A stretch of 64,000 nucleotides of DNA from Selaginella moellendorffii. Lineage: Eukaryota > Plantae > Lycopodiophyta. Below are positions 10,911 through 23,776 of this stretch, in pieces. The position numbers were made by a program, and so were the translations under genes. Positions within the stretch are counted from its first letter, which is position 1; each line of letters begins with the position of its first letter. The notes under the pieces are model-generated. The model was not told where the DNA came from and did not search any database. It saw only the letters and a program-made list of their open reading frames with translations. The DNA is taken from contig NW_003314430.1 of assembly GCF_000143415.4 (NCBI RefSeq), forward strand, positions 110,620-174,619, written 5' to 3'.

Positions 10911-13900
10911 ATGGCGGATGAATCGGCGACGGTGCGCGACAGCATTCTCTACCTGCTGAGGGATTTCCACGCCCAGATTCCTGCCGATTTCCTGGGCGTC
11001 GTCCCGTCGGGGCAGCCGCGCGTCGAGAATTCTTTCACAGAATCGGAATGGCTGGCGCATCTGGAGCTCAACTTCGTTTGCCTGGCGCTGCGCATGGAGC
11101 TGCTGCGATCTCTTGGCCGGTGCGTTGGGGCAATCGGATCGGATGCGGCGGTTCCAGCGCCCTCATCGTCCATAGCAGTGTGAGTTTTTTCTCCTTTAAA
11201 CTTCTTTACACGCGGCTAAGTTGGAGAGACTTTGCAGGAGAGAAGCTCTTTCGTTGGTTGAGAAGCTGCTGCAAGAACTCGCAACCAGAGAGAGGGAACG
11301 ACTTCCCAAGGATCCAAACAAGCATCCCCTCGTTTTGAAGCTAGCACAGAGATATGGACTGTCACCCGCCGAGACGTGTTTGTTTCAGCTTCTCTTCGTC
11401 CGGGGTGCATCCAAAGCTCCTGCTGTTCGTGCCGCTCTAGGTGATCTCTAAAGTTCCTTGTGGGCATGCTTATGGATGTTTTTGTAGGAGGGAGACAGGA
11501 AGACAAGGAAATGGCGATGGATCTCTGTGGTATGAGCTTGATGGAACTAGAAGAATTTCTTGACGACAAACGCACTCATATGGTTGAAGGCATCATAATG
11601 GGACAGGTTCTCACTTAAGTTGTTCTTCAAGCTTGATGGTGTATACCTTTCCTCTACATTTCTCAGGACGATTACGATGGAAAGACTTTCCGTATGGTGA
11701 AGGAAGCTGTCTCTGTGCTGCTTTTACGGCCAATAAAAACTGAGCAGTGGCTAAAGCTGAGCAAGACGGAGGTCTTGAACGTCGTCGACAGTAGTCACGT
11801 AAGTTTGCTTACATTCGTCCTATTGAAAATGAGTTGCTTGTTTTACAGCTCGAAGGCAAGGGGGATGCCCTTGTAGCTGCAGAAGATCCTGAAAATGAGG
11901 TGGCCGTTTCAGCTGTGTCAGGCCAAGGAGCAAACAAAAAACGGAAGTTTGAAGATATTGAGAGTATAACTGGCCTTTCCGGCCAGCAAGTTGACGAACT
12001 GTTGGCTGGTACCGAGCCAGTAAAATCGTCCAAGAAAGTCTCGCTACCTGCTGAGCAAGAAAGCGAGATGATTCCCGCGGTAGAGACCAGTGATGCTCAG
12101 ACAACCGTCGAGAAGGCATCCAAGGGAGATCTTCAAGCTTATGCCTCGAGTCTTGAATACCTGGATGACGCATTTCAAATGCTAGCTTTGATGCTGAGGG
12201 TCGCAAAGGCTAGACACAAGGAAGATATGAAGGAAGCTTTCAATGATGAACGCTCTTGGTATGATTCTTATAGGTCTACAAAGGTAATACTCTCCTGTCT
12301 TTGCCAAACATTTCGTTCTTACACTGTATCCAGCAGGCTGCAAGCATCCGTGAGCTACAGGCGAAGCTTAGATTTGCCAAGAATCGGCTGCAAGAAAGAA
12401 TGAGACTTACTGAAGAAGCTGTCAAGCAAGACAAAGGACAATTGCCACGACTCGAGGTGTTGTTCTGTCGATGCTCTTTCTGCTGATAACTGAACTTTTC
12501 TACCAGGCTTTAGCTCTCAAGCTTGGACTGGACGAGTTTGAAAAGGGGGTCGTTTTAATGCTTACAGGTACTATGATTTGCACTAGGAACTTTCTCAATA
12601 ATCGTCTTACACTGCAGCTGTGTCCATCTCGCCTGTTGTTAAAAGCATTTTCGAAGGAGACAACGGTGACACTGGCTTTCGGCGCAGCAGCGACTACGTT
12701 CAAGTTAGTCTATTTTTCTTTTCTTGTTTTTATTGCATCCACCAGCGTGGGTTGTCTGGTTTGCAGGTGCAAGACATCCTTACTGTCTATTTCAATTCGT
12801 TCAAAGAACAGGTAAGTCATGTTATTTCCAGCTAGGTTAGTGACTAACTGTTTTCGACAGGTTCTAGCAAGGACATATTTCTATAAGTCCAGCAGGCTTG
12901 TGTCAAGAGGCCTGATCAAACTGAGAAATGCAGTGTACAACAGAGCAAGGTGTGATTTGATGGATCAGCAAGTTGAGCTTGACCGCAGAATGCTTGACTG
13001 GATTGTTGGTCTCGACACTGAAATGAACGAGCTTGTCGATGGGAGCTATTTATATACGCCAAAGGTGATCTAACGTTTATGCACTTTGTCGTCCGAGTAC
13101 AGTACTTATATCTGGCGTTACGCGTAGATTCCTATGGATCAAGTCGTTCTTCCTGAGGAACAGAAAAATATGCTTTTAAAAACAGTCGAGAATTTCTCTA
13201 AATTTAAGGATTTTCGGAAATCGGCAGGTCTCGAGGACATTATGAGCTATGCTGCGGGACTTGTAATTCTCTTATGTGGTGCGTCAGGGACCGGGAAAAC
13301 TATGACGGTAAATGCAGTCGCTCATCACCTTGGTACGTTCTCACCGGCACCTGTTTAGCTGACCACATCCTTCTTTCTTTTATTTTTGTTTCTGCTACAG
13401 GTAAACGCGTTCTCCTTGTGGACTTCCGTGCGCTCCACTTATCCGGTCGTGAAGACAATTCTGGTGATATTCGTGGTTTGTTTCGGGATGCCGACATGAA
13501 CGATGCCGTGATATTTTTTGATGAGTGCGAAGCGATTTTTGCTCAGGTACAGTCTTGTTATAGAAGATTGGTAATATTTTGGTTATTTTAGAGAGAGCAT
13601 GGAGGCGACAAAATGCTAAATGCTCTATTGACGGAAATGGAAAGGCACGAGGGCATCGTTATGCTTGCAACTAATCGTCCTCAAGATCTCGATGAAGCTA
13701 TGCACAGGCGAATTACGTATGATATCAGCTAGTTATTCAGCGGTCACTAATTTTGCCTTTTTATACAGTTGTGTTAGCGAGTTTCATCCGCCAGATCACA
13801 CACAACGCCGGGAAATATGGAAGTTATCATGTTCCCGGTTACCTATGACAAGTAACATTGACTGGGATAGAATATCATTAAGGTACGAAACCTTGTCAAA

Positions 13901-15280
13901 ACAACTCTCATCGAAGTGTGTTTACAGATACGAGCTTACCGGAGGCTATATTAAAAATGCAGTTGTTAGTTCTTTGCTTATTGCCATTTCAAGAGATAGT
14001 GCGAATCCTATAGTTTCCGAGGAAGATATCGTCGAAGGCTGCCGCTTGCAGATGCGTGGCAGCTTGCAGGTAGCTTTGTGTTTTAGTTTGTGTTAGTGCA
14101 CTAATGCCTGAATCCACAGATGAAGTCGTTCACACACAGGGTTGTCCCAAAAGCCGGAGTAGACGACCTTGTTCTTTGTACAGCGATGCGAGAAAGGATC
14201 GAAGGAATTCTTAAGTTTGAAAAAGCGAGAGCGATTTTACAAGGACAATGGGGATTTCAACAAGAGCGCTTAGGAACTGCATGTTTGTTTTACGGTTCCC
14301 ACGGCACCGGGAAATCTGCTGTTGCAGAGGTATATGAACCGTGGTTGTTGATTTCGTTGAGCTCTGTTTTGCGTTTGTTGCAGGCAATAGGATTTGAGTT
14401 AGGACGCCCTTTGAAGGTTAGCACATGTCTTTCCTTGAGATACTGATATTGAGCTTTGGTTTGCAGGTTATCAATTGTTCCCAGTTGATTTCGCGTGAGA
14501 GCAGTGCCAAAACTAGCGCCAATATCACCAGTGTCTTCAAGGATGCAAGGTTGATGGACGCGGTTCTCGTGCTTGAAGATTTTCAGGTCTGCCATTCCAA
14601 CTTATCCACTCTACTTTAACTTCCATGGAACAGATTATGGGAAGTGAAGAGGAAGGCATTGGCAACGGTCTAACTAGCATTTCTGCTTGGTCCCATGTAG
14701 CAATAGGATTGCTATTGCACGAGCTAGAACGATTTCCTGGAATATGTCTCCTTATCGCTAACGTTTCCAAGGTGCGCACAACATTCATTTCTTTCTCTTT
14801 GTTACACAAGTGTTTTGCGTGTTATAGGGAAGCGCCATTGTCAGACTTGATCCCGAGCTTGTTCGAAGGCTCAGGTTTGTCGTGGAGTTTAAAATGCCCG
14901 ATCAGTCTATCCGTGCCGCAATGTGGAAGAAGATGCTACCTGCAAAGGTAAATCCCATAGTGTTTTTTCAAGCACTTTGACCTTAAGTTGATTCCACTGC
15001 AGGCACCTCTGGCCGCTGACATAGATTTTGACGAGCTGAGCAAGCGATTCAACTTTACCAGCGGAGCTATAAGCAGTGCTACAGTTAGAGCGGCCGCGAA
15101 GGTTGTATTTTTCTCCCTTTGTCCACCTTGCTGAGAAACTTTCTTGGCTGCTTTCAGGCTGCGTTACGCTCTGGTGATGCGTCTAGAATTGGACAGAAGG
15201 ATCTAGTGGAAGCTGCCGAAGCTGAAAAGGAACACCTCCGGGATGAATCGCGTGAGATCATGATGAGAGCCTTCATCTAA
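10911..15280 (+). CDS. Large intron-rich tandem AAA+ ATPase of uncharacterised family (resembles bacterial Afp15/Pvc15-type ATPases)
   Basis: AAA1: GASGTGKT, VIFFDECE, LLTEMERHEGIVMLATNRPQDLDEAMHRRI, ELTGGYIKNA. AAA2: GSHGTGKS, degenerate Walker B VLVLEDF, LDPELVRRLRFVVEF. Many short GT-AG introns; last exon ends EIMMRAFI-stop. Confidence 0.82.
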
Positions 15281-15454
15281 ATGCGGTAACGCTCTCGCCA
15301 CGCAGTTTCAACTCTTTCTTTTGTCGCAGAGAGAGTCGACGAGCAGTCGTACCATGACTACTTGTCTGTTTTTGACGTGGTAATATAGGCTGAGTATCAT
15401 CTTAAGCTAAAGTGTTGCTACAGTAGTTTGGGAAGGGTTTTGAGAGAGAAGAAA

Positions 15455-16698
15455 ATGGGAGCTCCGAGAGTGAAGCTTGGTAGCCAGGGGCTAGAGGTTT
15501 CACAGCAGGGTCTTGGTTGCATGGGAATGTCTGCGTTCTACGGCACTCGCAAGCCCGAATCGGAGATGATAGATCTCATCCACAAGGCTGTCAACGATTT
15601 GGGGATCACTTTTCTCGACACTGCTGATGTTTATGGTCCTCACACAAACGAGATCCTCGTCGGAAAGGTACGTCAGTGCTTTGTTTTTGCCACTTTACTC
15701 TCGTCTTTGCGCTTTCTTTCGCGTTGCAGGCGATTAGCAGCTTGAGAAGAGAAAGTGTCCAAGTCGCGACCAAGTTTGGCATCACGAGCCAGGGAATCCG
15801 AGGTGATCCCGCTTACGTTCGCGAGTCATGCCTTGGCAGCCTCGAGCGACTCGGTGTGGACTACATCGACCTTTACTACCAGCACAGAGTGGACACCAGA
15901 GTTCCCATCGAAATCACGGTATGGTGGCATGATTTTCCGAGATGTTTATCAGTTGAAGTGTTCGCTCTTCTTCAAGGTTGGGGAGATGAAGAAACTCGTC
16001 GAGGAAGGCAAAGTCAAGTACATTGGCCTGTCGGAAGCATCGGCTTCGGACATCCGGCGAGCTCATGCAGTCCATCCCGTGACTGCTGTTCAACTGGAAT
16101 GGTCGCTGTGGACTCGAGATGTGGAAGAAGATGTCATCCCAACATGCAGGTAATGCAACACTCAATACCAAGACGAGAAAAAACTGTTTTTTCTCCAGGG
16201 AACTCGGCATTGGGATCGTTCCTTACAGCCCCCTCGGCCGGGGATTCTTCTCCATCGGCAAGAAGATCATGGAAGACCTGCCAGCAAACGACTTCCGGAA
16301 GGTAGGCTGGTTTCCCGCACGAGCATTCTTCTCGTGGTGTTTTCCATGATGATCAGGTTGGCAATGACCCCCGGCTCATGCCCGAGCACATCGAGAAGAA
16401 CGCGGCCTTTTACAACAAGCTGCTGGAGATGTCCACGAGCAAGAACTGCTCGCCGGGACAACTCGCCCTGGCGTGGCTCCAGCACCAGGGACGCGACGTG
16501 GTTCCAATCCCCGGCACCACCAAGCTCAAAAACTTGCAAGAGAACGCCGGAGCTCTGGCGGTGGAGCTGTCCGAGCAAGAGCTGCGCGCGATCGAAGACG
16601 CGGTTCCCATCGTGAGCATCTCCGGCGAAAGAAAAAAGGACATGTCGCTCACCTGGAGATTCGCTTCCTCGCCCCCGCTTGAGAAATGGGAGCAGTGA
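15455..16698 (+). CDS. Aldo-keto reductase (AKR13 / auxin-induced type; multi-exon)
   Basis: [79 protein letters not shown]. Confidence 0.95.
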
Positions 16699-17033
16699 CG
16701 ATCAAAGTATATTCTCCTTGCCGGGAGAATATTCTTTTAAAGCATATTCTCTGTGAAGGAATATTCTCCATGATAAACCCTAAAGAATGTTCTTGGGATC
16801 TATGTTTTCAAACAAGGCGTGTGGGCAAGGGTTCTTTAGTCAAGGCGCGAGCCGGGTAGTGCCGCCCATTCCAGCAACAGGGGGCATTCTTGTCCAGATC
16901 TCCATCGCCATCGCATCACCGTGTTGGATCGATCGCGCTGCTGTAGGGGCGGCAAATTTAGATGGCCCGGCTTTGTCCCTGGCGGAGCCTAATTTGGAGA
17001 CGCAGGTAGCGCGCGCTGGGCACAGATCGAGCC

Positions 17034-18547
17034 ATGGGCAGCATGGAGCTGTGGGATTTCGAGAATCTGGCGGATGGCCGCGCGCCTAGGGTTGTCCTGG
17101 GCGTGGATGGAGGATCCACTTCCACGCTGTGTGTGTGTGTAAACGCTAACTCCAGCAAAGAGTCCCCAAAGGTTATTGGACGAGCTGTGGCTGGCTGCTC
17201 CAATCGCAACAGTGTTGGAGGTATGTTCTTGTGAGTTTTCGTGAGTTTTTCCTTATTTTTTTCATGGACTGGACGCTTCTCTACTTCTTTCTTTGTAGAT
17301 GAGCTTGCAAATGCGGCTCTAGAACTGGCGCTTGCGGGAGCTCTCAAGAACGCGGGAGTTCCTCGCTCGTCGGTCCAGGCGGTGTGCGTGGGGATCTCGG
17401 GAGTGGACACTCGAGACGATGAGGAGCGAATGCTGTCCTGGCTGAGGTGTGAAGTAGTAAATTTCATATGCTGACTGATAAGCGTGAGATGATGCAGCGC
17501 ACCATTTCACTGGTATTCTGCGTGCTGAGATTCAATCCTTTCACGCTTTGCTAAGTTTTTCACTGGTTTTTTTCTTTGTTGTTTGTTCTACCAGGCAACT
17601 TTTTCCGCGCACGTCTCACATTTTTGCTTACAACGACGCTGTTGCAGCCTTGGCGAGTGGAACTCTCGGAAAGCTCCATGGCTGTGTGCTCGTCGTTGGA
17701 ACCGGAACAATTGCGTATGGATTCACGAGTGATGGACGCAAAACTCGCTGCTCGGGCTATGGTCCTCTCCTCGGAGACCAAGGCAGGTCCGAGTCTCTTC
17801 CACGTTTTCTTTGATAGTTTTCTCTTTTGTTTTCTTCGCCACCACTTACTCGTGTGCTTTCTTGGCAGTGGCTTTGCCATAGCATCGCAAGCTTTGGCAT
17901 CAGTAACTCGTGCTCACGATGGACGCGGTCCTCCTACAGCGCTGTCTGAAGCGATTCTAAAGCATCTCCACCTCAAGCATGTTGACGACTTAATCAGGTA
18001 TCGTTCTTCATTGTGCCAAACTTTGGTTGACATTGTTGCTGGCAGCTGGGCCTATACAGATTCCTCGTGGGCTCGTGTAGCAGCTCTTGTCCCGGTTGTC
18101 AAGGCTTGTGCTGCGGCAGGAGACTTTGCTGCTCAGGAGGCTCTCAATTTTGCTGTACAAGAGCTGTCTTTGAGCGTCAACTCTGTTGTCACTAGACTCG
18201 ATCTCGCCGGTGAAGGTAAGCACTCTCGGTTATGCGAGGCATTTCTAAGCTGGCTTACAGATGGAAAGCAACCGTTTCCGCTGGTTTTGGTCGGTGGCGT
18301 TTTGGAAAAGAATGACTCGTTCGACCTCGTCTCTGCGATCGTTCGTTGCGTAGGTGCTTCCTTTCCCGGCGTTGAAGCTATTCGGCCCCAGGTGATAACC
18401 TTTCGCGTTTCCTTATGGGTTGTTGATTTGATCCATTCCGTTCCACAGGTGGAGCCAGCTGTTGGAGCGGCGTTGCTTGCGCTGAGACAATCCTCTGTTG
18501 CAACGACGAGACTCTGCAATGGTGATATGAGCGCGGCTGAGGTGTAA
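17034..18547 (+). CDS. GNK: N-acetylglucosamine kinase (BadF/BadG/BcrA/BcrD family; multi-exon)
   Basis: VLGVDGGSTST, GCSNRNSVG, NDAVAALASGT, VVGTGTIAYG, GPLLGD-GSGF, WARVAALVP, LVLVGGVL, EPAVGAALLA. Confidence 0.92.
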
Positions 18548-19176
18548 AACACTTTTTTAACTCGGACTCGATTTGGCTGACCGTTTGTAAATTGCTTTGT
18601 TATAAGTGGAACTTTGAAATGGTTTTAAGATAAACGCTCCTTGGTGGATAATGGCTTCATACTTTCGCGCATGGATGAAAGCTCCAGTCAAATATGATTT
18701 TGACTGGCTTGACCGTCGATTCTTTTGACTCGGGAGACCCAGGAAAGTAGAGCACGCAGTGACATACTAGCGGCAGGAAAGACCCTCTGACTGAGTTGAC
18801 CATAAAGCTGCAAAGTGTTCTATCGTTCAACTGAAGAATGCAAGAATTTTTCTAATGGATCACGAGTGGAAGAAGAGCTGGCCTGGAAATATTCTATGTT
18901 TGTAGGCACGACAGAGTCTCAAGGTGGCTAGGAGTTGGATTTCCTAACTTGGATCCAAAGGGCCGATATAATCCCGTGCAGACGCAGCAGCAGGATTCGA
19001 ACCCATTTAACAAAAAGAATATGCCCCATGTTCAAAGTCAAGACAGATGATCACGGATGCACTGGCAAGCAGATTCGCACCATCAAATGAGTCAGCTGAA
19101 TGCCGTGCCGTGTGCGATCAAGCCCTGGCCTCGATCTATAAAGATGTCGTAACACTTTGTAAGTAGCTAGAACACA

Positions 19177-21117
19177 ATGGAGCCTGCTGCATTGTCTTGC
19201 ATGCTTCTATCAATTCTTGTGGTGGCAACAGTGCAGCAGGGCCTCGCGGCGGCGTCGCCTCCCAACATTCGCGCCGTCAACCTTGGGGGATGGCTGGTGA
19301 TCGAAGGATGGATGACAATGTCCTTGTTTGATAAAATTCCAAATAACAATGATCTCTTGGTTTACTTCTAGCTAACATAGGACACATCTGATAATCAAAA
19401 TTTGTTTCTTGGCTGCAGGATGGGACCCAAATCCTGCTCAAATCTTTGAAACTGGGGAAGTATGTGTCTGCCGAGAATAGCGGTGGAGGCAAGATGGTTG
19501 TCAACAGGCAAAACCCATCCAGCTGGGAGACATTCAAGGTTTTTCCTCTTCCAAAAATTCATTTTTTGAAACAAAATATGTTCTAGCTATGGCGAGTAAG
19601 CAGCAACAGATTCTATCTCCGTGTATCCAACAATATGTTCGTGTCGGCTCTCAATGGAGGCGGAAGTACAGTCGATTCGACCAAAGACACCCCTAAGGAA
19701 TGGGAAACATTTAAAATCGTTCGCAATAAATCTCTAGTTCACATCAAAACTTTCAATGGCAGATACTTACAAGTAATGCAATGCTCACTGTGAAGTTTTC
19801 AACTTCCATTTCAACTTGCAGGCCAAGGATGAGAGCCAGCTGACCGCGGATTACAGTGGCGAGCCCGGGTGGGATAATAACAACCCTGCTGTATTTATCA
19901 TGACTGTCAACACTGCTCTTCGAGGAGAGTTTCAGCTGGCCAATGCCTATTCCAGAGCTCCTCAGCAAGTCTTTGACGTAAGAAGAGCTGTTCAGCAAGT
20001 CTTCGTGTTCTGATATTACGATATTGTTTGTTTTTCTTCAAAAGAGACATCGAAACAACTTCATCACAGAAGGCGATTTTCAGTTCCTTGCTTCCAAGGG
20101 AATCAACGCTGTCCGGATTCCCGTTGGCTGGTGGATTGCATACGATCCCAATCCACCGAAGCCGTTCGTTGGAGGATCCATGAAAGCTCTAGACAACGCA
20201 TTTACATGGGCTAGGTGAGAGCAACATTCTCTTCTGATGGATTTCCTAAAACTTTCGTCTCAATGTGGTGGTGTTGAAGCAAACACAACATCAAAGTTAT
20301 TATTGATCTTCATGCGGCACCTGGATCACAGAATCCCGAGGATCACAGTGCAAGTCGGGACGGAGTTTCAACGTGGAGGCAGGAAGAGAATATCGCTCAA
20401 ACGCTCGAAGTCATCGATGTTCTTGCCTCCAAGTAATCGATCAATCTAGATTTTGAAACTCGACTTAAAATGCCTCTCACACATGTAGGTACTCAAGTCA
20501 TCCGGCTCTATTAGGCATCGAGCTTCTGAACGAGCCTAATGCTGCCAATGTTGATCTCGACACCCTCAAAAGTTACTACAAACAAGGATACCAAAGAGTT
20601 CGAAGCAAGAGCCCTAATGCTTACGTGATCATGTGTCAGAGGCTTGGAAGCGATCCAATGGAGCTTGTCAACGCTCTAGACCCTGGCTCCACAAATGTGG
20701 TTCTCGACGTTCATTACTACAACTATTTCACTGACGAGTTCAAAGGCAAAACTATCCAGTGGCACATCAATTACATCAACAACGAGAGGAAATCAGACAT
20801 TGCACGACTGAAGAATGCAAAAAACGCTCCTCTGATCTTTGTTGGTAAGGCTCTCTCCAACATCGAACTGGATCACGAGTGACGAAGAATATGTTTCATG
20901 TACTTTTGCAGGGGAATGGAGCAACCAGGTAGACGTCCCTGGTGCAACCGACGACGACTTTACAAGATATGGCACTGCACAGCTTACAGTATACAAAGAC
21001 GCATCGTTTGGATGTGGATTCTGGAGTTTCAAAACTCTTGATGAAAACATCCACTGGGACTTTAAGAGGTCTGTAGAGAAAGGACACCTTCGCTTGCCAT
21101 CGCTTGCCATGAAGTAA
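19177..21117 (+). CDS. GH5 glucan 1,3-beta-glucosidase with fascin-like insert (copy 1)
   Basis: Signal peptide; [19 protein letters not shown] repeats, [34 protein letters not shown] (acid/base), DVHYYN, FVGEWS (nucleophile). Confidence 0.92.
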
Positions 21118-21652
21118 AAGCCTTCCTCTTTAGTAAAAGAATAAACTAGAATAATATTTCTTTTGTCTACAATATTATTTTCATTAATATTACAATATTA
21201 TTTTTATTTTTATTAGAATAGTTCTTATTTCGTGCAATGTTGTCACTGCCAATAATTTTGAAATTTCTTGCTGTCCAAAGGATAGTATATCAGAAGAAAC
21301 CTTTGTTCTGAAAATATTCATTTACTCTATTCTAGCTTGCCAACAATGTTACAGGCACCGTAAATCTGACCGTCCGCAAACTGTCGCGCAAGCACCATGT
21401 GCCGTCGGATCTCAACTGGTATGGCCGTGGAGCAAAAAAATGAATAAACACTGCATGAGAGCGGCCAGTTAGTGAGCTGGGCGTCAGCTTTTACCGTATT
21501 CATGTGCCTGGCGTCTTTGTCAAGTGGTATTCCCCCCAAAACAAAAATTCTTCCCTTCCAAACCTCAATGTTTTCTTCCACACTCCACCGCAACACCTTT
21601 CAATCGAAAGCTCGCATGCTTGCCCCTTGATTTATAACATCAGACGAGAAGA

Positions 21653-23071
21653 ATGTCCTCCCCCTCTTCACTGCTCCTCGGGGCGATTCTTACCCAATGT
21701 TTGCTCTTGGCTTCCTGGGCAGCAGGAGAATCGCAGCTGCGAAGAGCCCGCGTTGATTACGAGCAGCCGGAGCACATCATGGATCGAAACGAGCAAGAGG
21801 CGCTCTACCAGGTCATGGAATCCCTGCTCAATGAGTCCTCCCAGTGGCGAGCCAAGCATCCCCACCCCTGTAGCAGCTACCATCCATGGCCGGGCCTCGA
21901 GTGCCAGCAGCTGGGAGGATCCAGCGGCAGCAGCAGCGATGACTACCTTCTTCACGTCACCAAGATCACGCTTGTCGGCTCCAACCCGGCCACCGCTTGC
22001 AAGAAGAATGCCTCCTTGTCCCCGGCAATCTTTAAGCTCCCCTTCCTCAGGGCACTCGTCATCATGAGCTGCTTTGTATCCCCCAGCACCAACAGCACCA
22101 ACATTCCTTGGTCGGGCCTCGACAAGCTTGCCTCGTCGCTCCAGGTCCTCACTCTCCGCGGGAACTCGGGCCTCACGGGCACCATCCCCAAGCAGCTGGG
22201 AAGCTTGGCCAAGCTCGAGGTTCTCAGCTTGTCGCAAAACGGGCTCCATGGGAGCGTCCCGATGGAGCTGGGAGGCCTGGAAAAGCTCCAGAATCTCGAC
22301 TTGAGCTACAACTCTCTCGCAGGAGCGATTCCGGGTGAGTTGGGACGGTTGCAGAGCTTGTCGATTCTCGATCTTAGCAACAACAAGCTGGGGGGACATA
22401 TCCCGGATTCGATCGGGAAGCTGGCGCAGCTCAAGAAGCTGGATCTAAGCAGCAACGCGCTGGATGGATCCATCCCAGCCGCGCTTGGGAGCTTGAGCAA
22501 TCTCCAGTTCTTGGCTCTGGATAAGAACAGCATCACTGGCGGCATCCCTCGCGAGCTGCAAGGATTGAGCAACCTCCAGTCACTCCTCCTCCAGGATAAT
22601 CCCATGCACACGACCATACCTGACTTTTGGAAGAGCCTTGGAAAAATCTCGCAGCTGAGGCTTTCCAACTCGGGATACACGGGCGGCATTCCGGGATCCA
22701 TTGTTCTTCTCAAGAACCTCACGGAACTGGCGCTGGAAAGGAACTTCCTCACGGGCTCCATCCCCGAAAGCTTGGGATCACTCCCAAACATCTACCACTT
22801 GAATCTCAGCAACAACCTCTTGTCCGGTCTCGTCCCCTTCGCTCCTAGTTTCTACGCGAGACTGGGTGATAACTTAGATCTTCATGGCAACACCGGATTG
22901 TGCTCTACTGCCGCTGCTAGATCCGATGATCTGAGGAGCTGCCCGGGTGGAAAATCGAGCCAGTCATTGTCATCATCCAGCTCTTCCTCGGCTCCATCAC
23001 AGCAGCAACGAGTTCTTCGCAGCTTCTTTTCCATCTCCGTGTTCTTTTATTTCATCTGTACGGTTCCTTAG
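21653..23071 (+). CDS. LRR receptor-like protein without kinase (PII-2 / RLP29 / TMM-like), single exon
   Basis: Signal peptide; cap EQEALYQVMESL...WRAKHPHPC...WPGLEC; about 10 plant extracellular LRRs (LxxLxxLDLSxNxLxGxIP); GNTGLC cap; Ser-rich stalk; hydrophobic C-terminus. Confidence 0.9.
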   Translation: MSSPSSLLLGAILTQCLLLASWAAGESQLRRARVDYEQPEHIMDRNEQEALYQVMESLLNESSQWRAKHPHPCSSYHPWPGLECQQLGGSSGSSSDDYLLHVTKITLVGSNPATACKKNASLSPAIFKLPFLRALVIMSCFVSPSTNSTNIPWSGLDKLASSLQVLTLRGNSGLTGTIPKQLGSLAKLEVLSLSQNGLHGSVPMELGGLEKLQNLDLSYNSLAGAIPGELGRLQSLSILDLSNNKLGGHIPDSIGKLAQLKKLDLSSNALDGSIPAALGSLSNLQFLALDKNSITGGIPRELQGLSNLQSLLLQDNPMHTTIPDFWKSLGKISQLRLSNSGYTGGIPGSIVLLKNLTELALERNFLTGSIPESLGSLPNIYHLNLSNNLLSGLVPFAPSFYARLGDNLDLHGNTGLCSTAAARSDDLRSCPGGKSSQSLSSSSSSSAPSQQQRVLRSFFSISVFFYFICTVP

Positions 23072-23479
23072 AAAAAATTTTGTCCCTCGAGCGATTGAAT
23101 CTATATAAAACTCTCTCGAATCTGCTAATCTCGAGCCAAGTACCCACTATCGAAGTACCCACTGTGACCGTTTGCTCCGACCACGCTCCCTCCAACGAAG
23201 AGACCCCACACGGAACGGGAGAGCAGAGAAGAAAAGTAGAAAAAGGCAAAAAGAGAGAAGCGACATCACACTCCCATCTGCTGCATCGCTGATGCTTGCT
23301 TGCTAAGAGATGCGTACTTGCAGTACTTGCCGCTGCCAGATCTTCAGTGGGCGGTCTTGTCTATTTTCCCGCTAGCAATGAACCCTAAATTTTGGATGAC
23401 ACCCACAGATTATGATAGTTTAAAGCTATATAGGATAGGGAGAGTTCAAAAGAAGCTTACATTCTTTAGCTTCCTGATA

Positions 23480-23560
23480 ATGGAATTTTGTTTACGATTG
23501 ATGTGTTGTTTGACTGTAGAGTTTTTGAGGAGAGTGGAGCAAGATCTAAAACTCAATGCA
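23480..23560 (+). pseudogene. Duplicated intron-exon fragment of the NOL10 gene
   Basis: ATGTGTTGTTTGACTGTAGAGTTTTTGAGGAGAGTGGAGC matches the reverse complement of ~35787-35826 (end of NOL10 intron 1 plus start of exon 2). Confidence 0.8.
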
Positions 23561-23726
23561 ACGCTAGGTATTGTCCACGGACGTTTGACATAAGGAGATT
23601 TCATACCAGCTGTGTAGATCCACTGGGTGTCTGGAATTGTCAAAAGATTCACAGGCACGGGCAAAATGGAAAGAGTAAGTTCCACTTGACCGTAAAACTG
23701 AGTTGCGTTTGACGGTCCCGAAATTC

Positions 23727-23776
23727 TATTTCCACCTGTCACGCGGACGACCCGGGTTCGATCCCCGACAACGGCG
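23727..23776 (+). pseudogene. 5'-truncated tRNA-Asp(GTC) pseudogene
   Basis: TATTTCCACCTGTCACGCGGACGACCCGGGTTCGATCCCCGACAACGGCG matches the 3' two-thirds of plant tRNA-Asp; 5' acceptor strand and D arm/A box are absent. Confidence 0.85.

Noticed and set aside
18981-19008. B-box-like GGTTCGAATCC on the minus strand
   Set aside because: No A box or cloverleaf around it; too short to call a tRNA or SINE.
19955-20008. Short duplication of an exon end into the next intron of GH5 copy 1
   Set aside because: Real, but only about 20 bp of local slippage with no evident effect on the reading frame.
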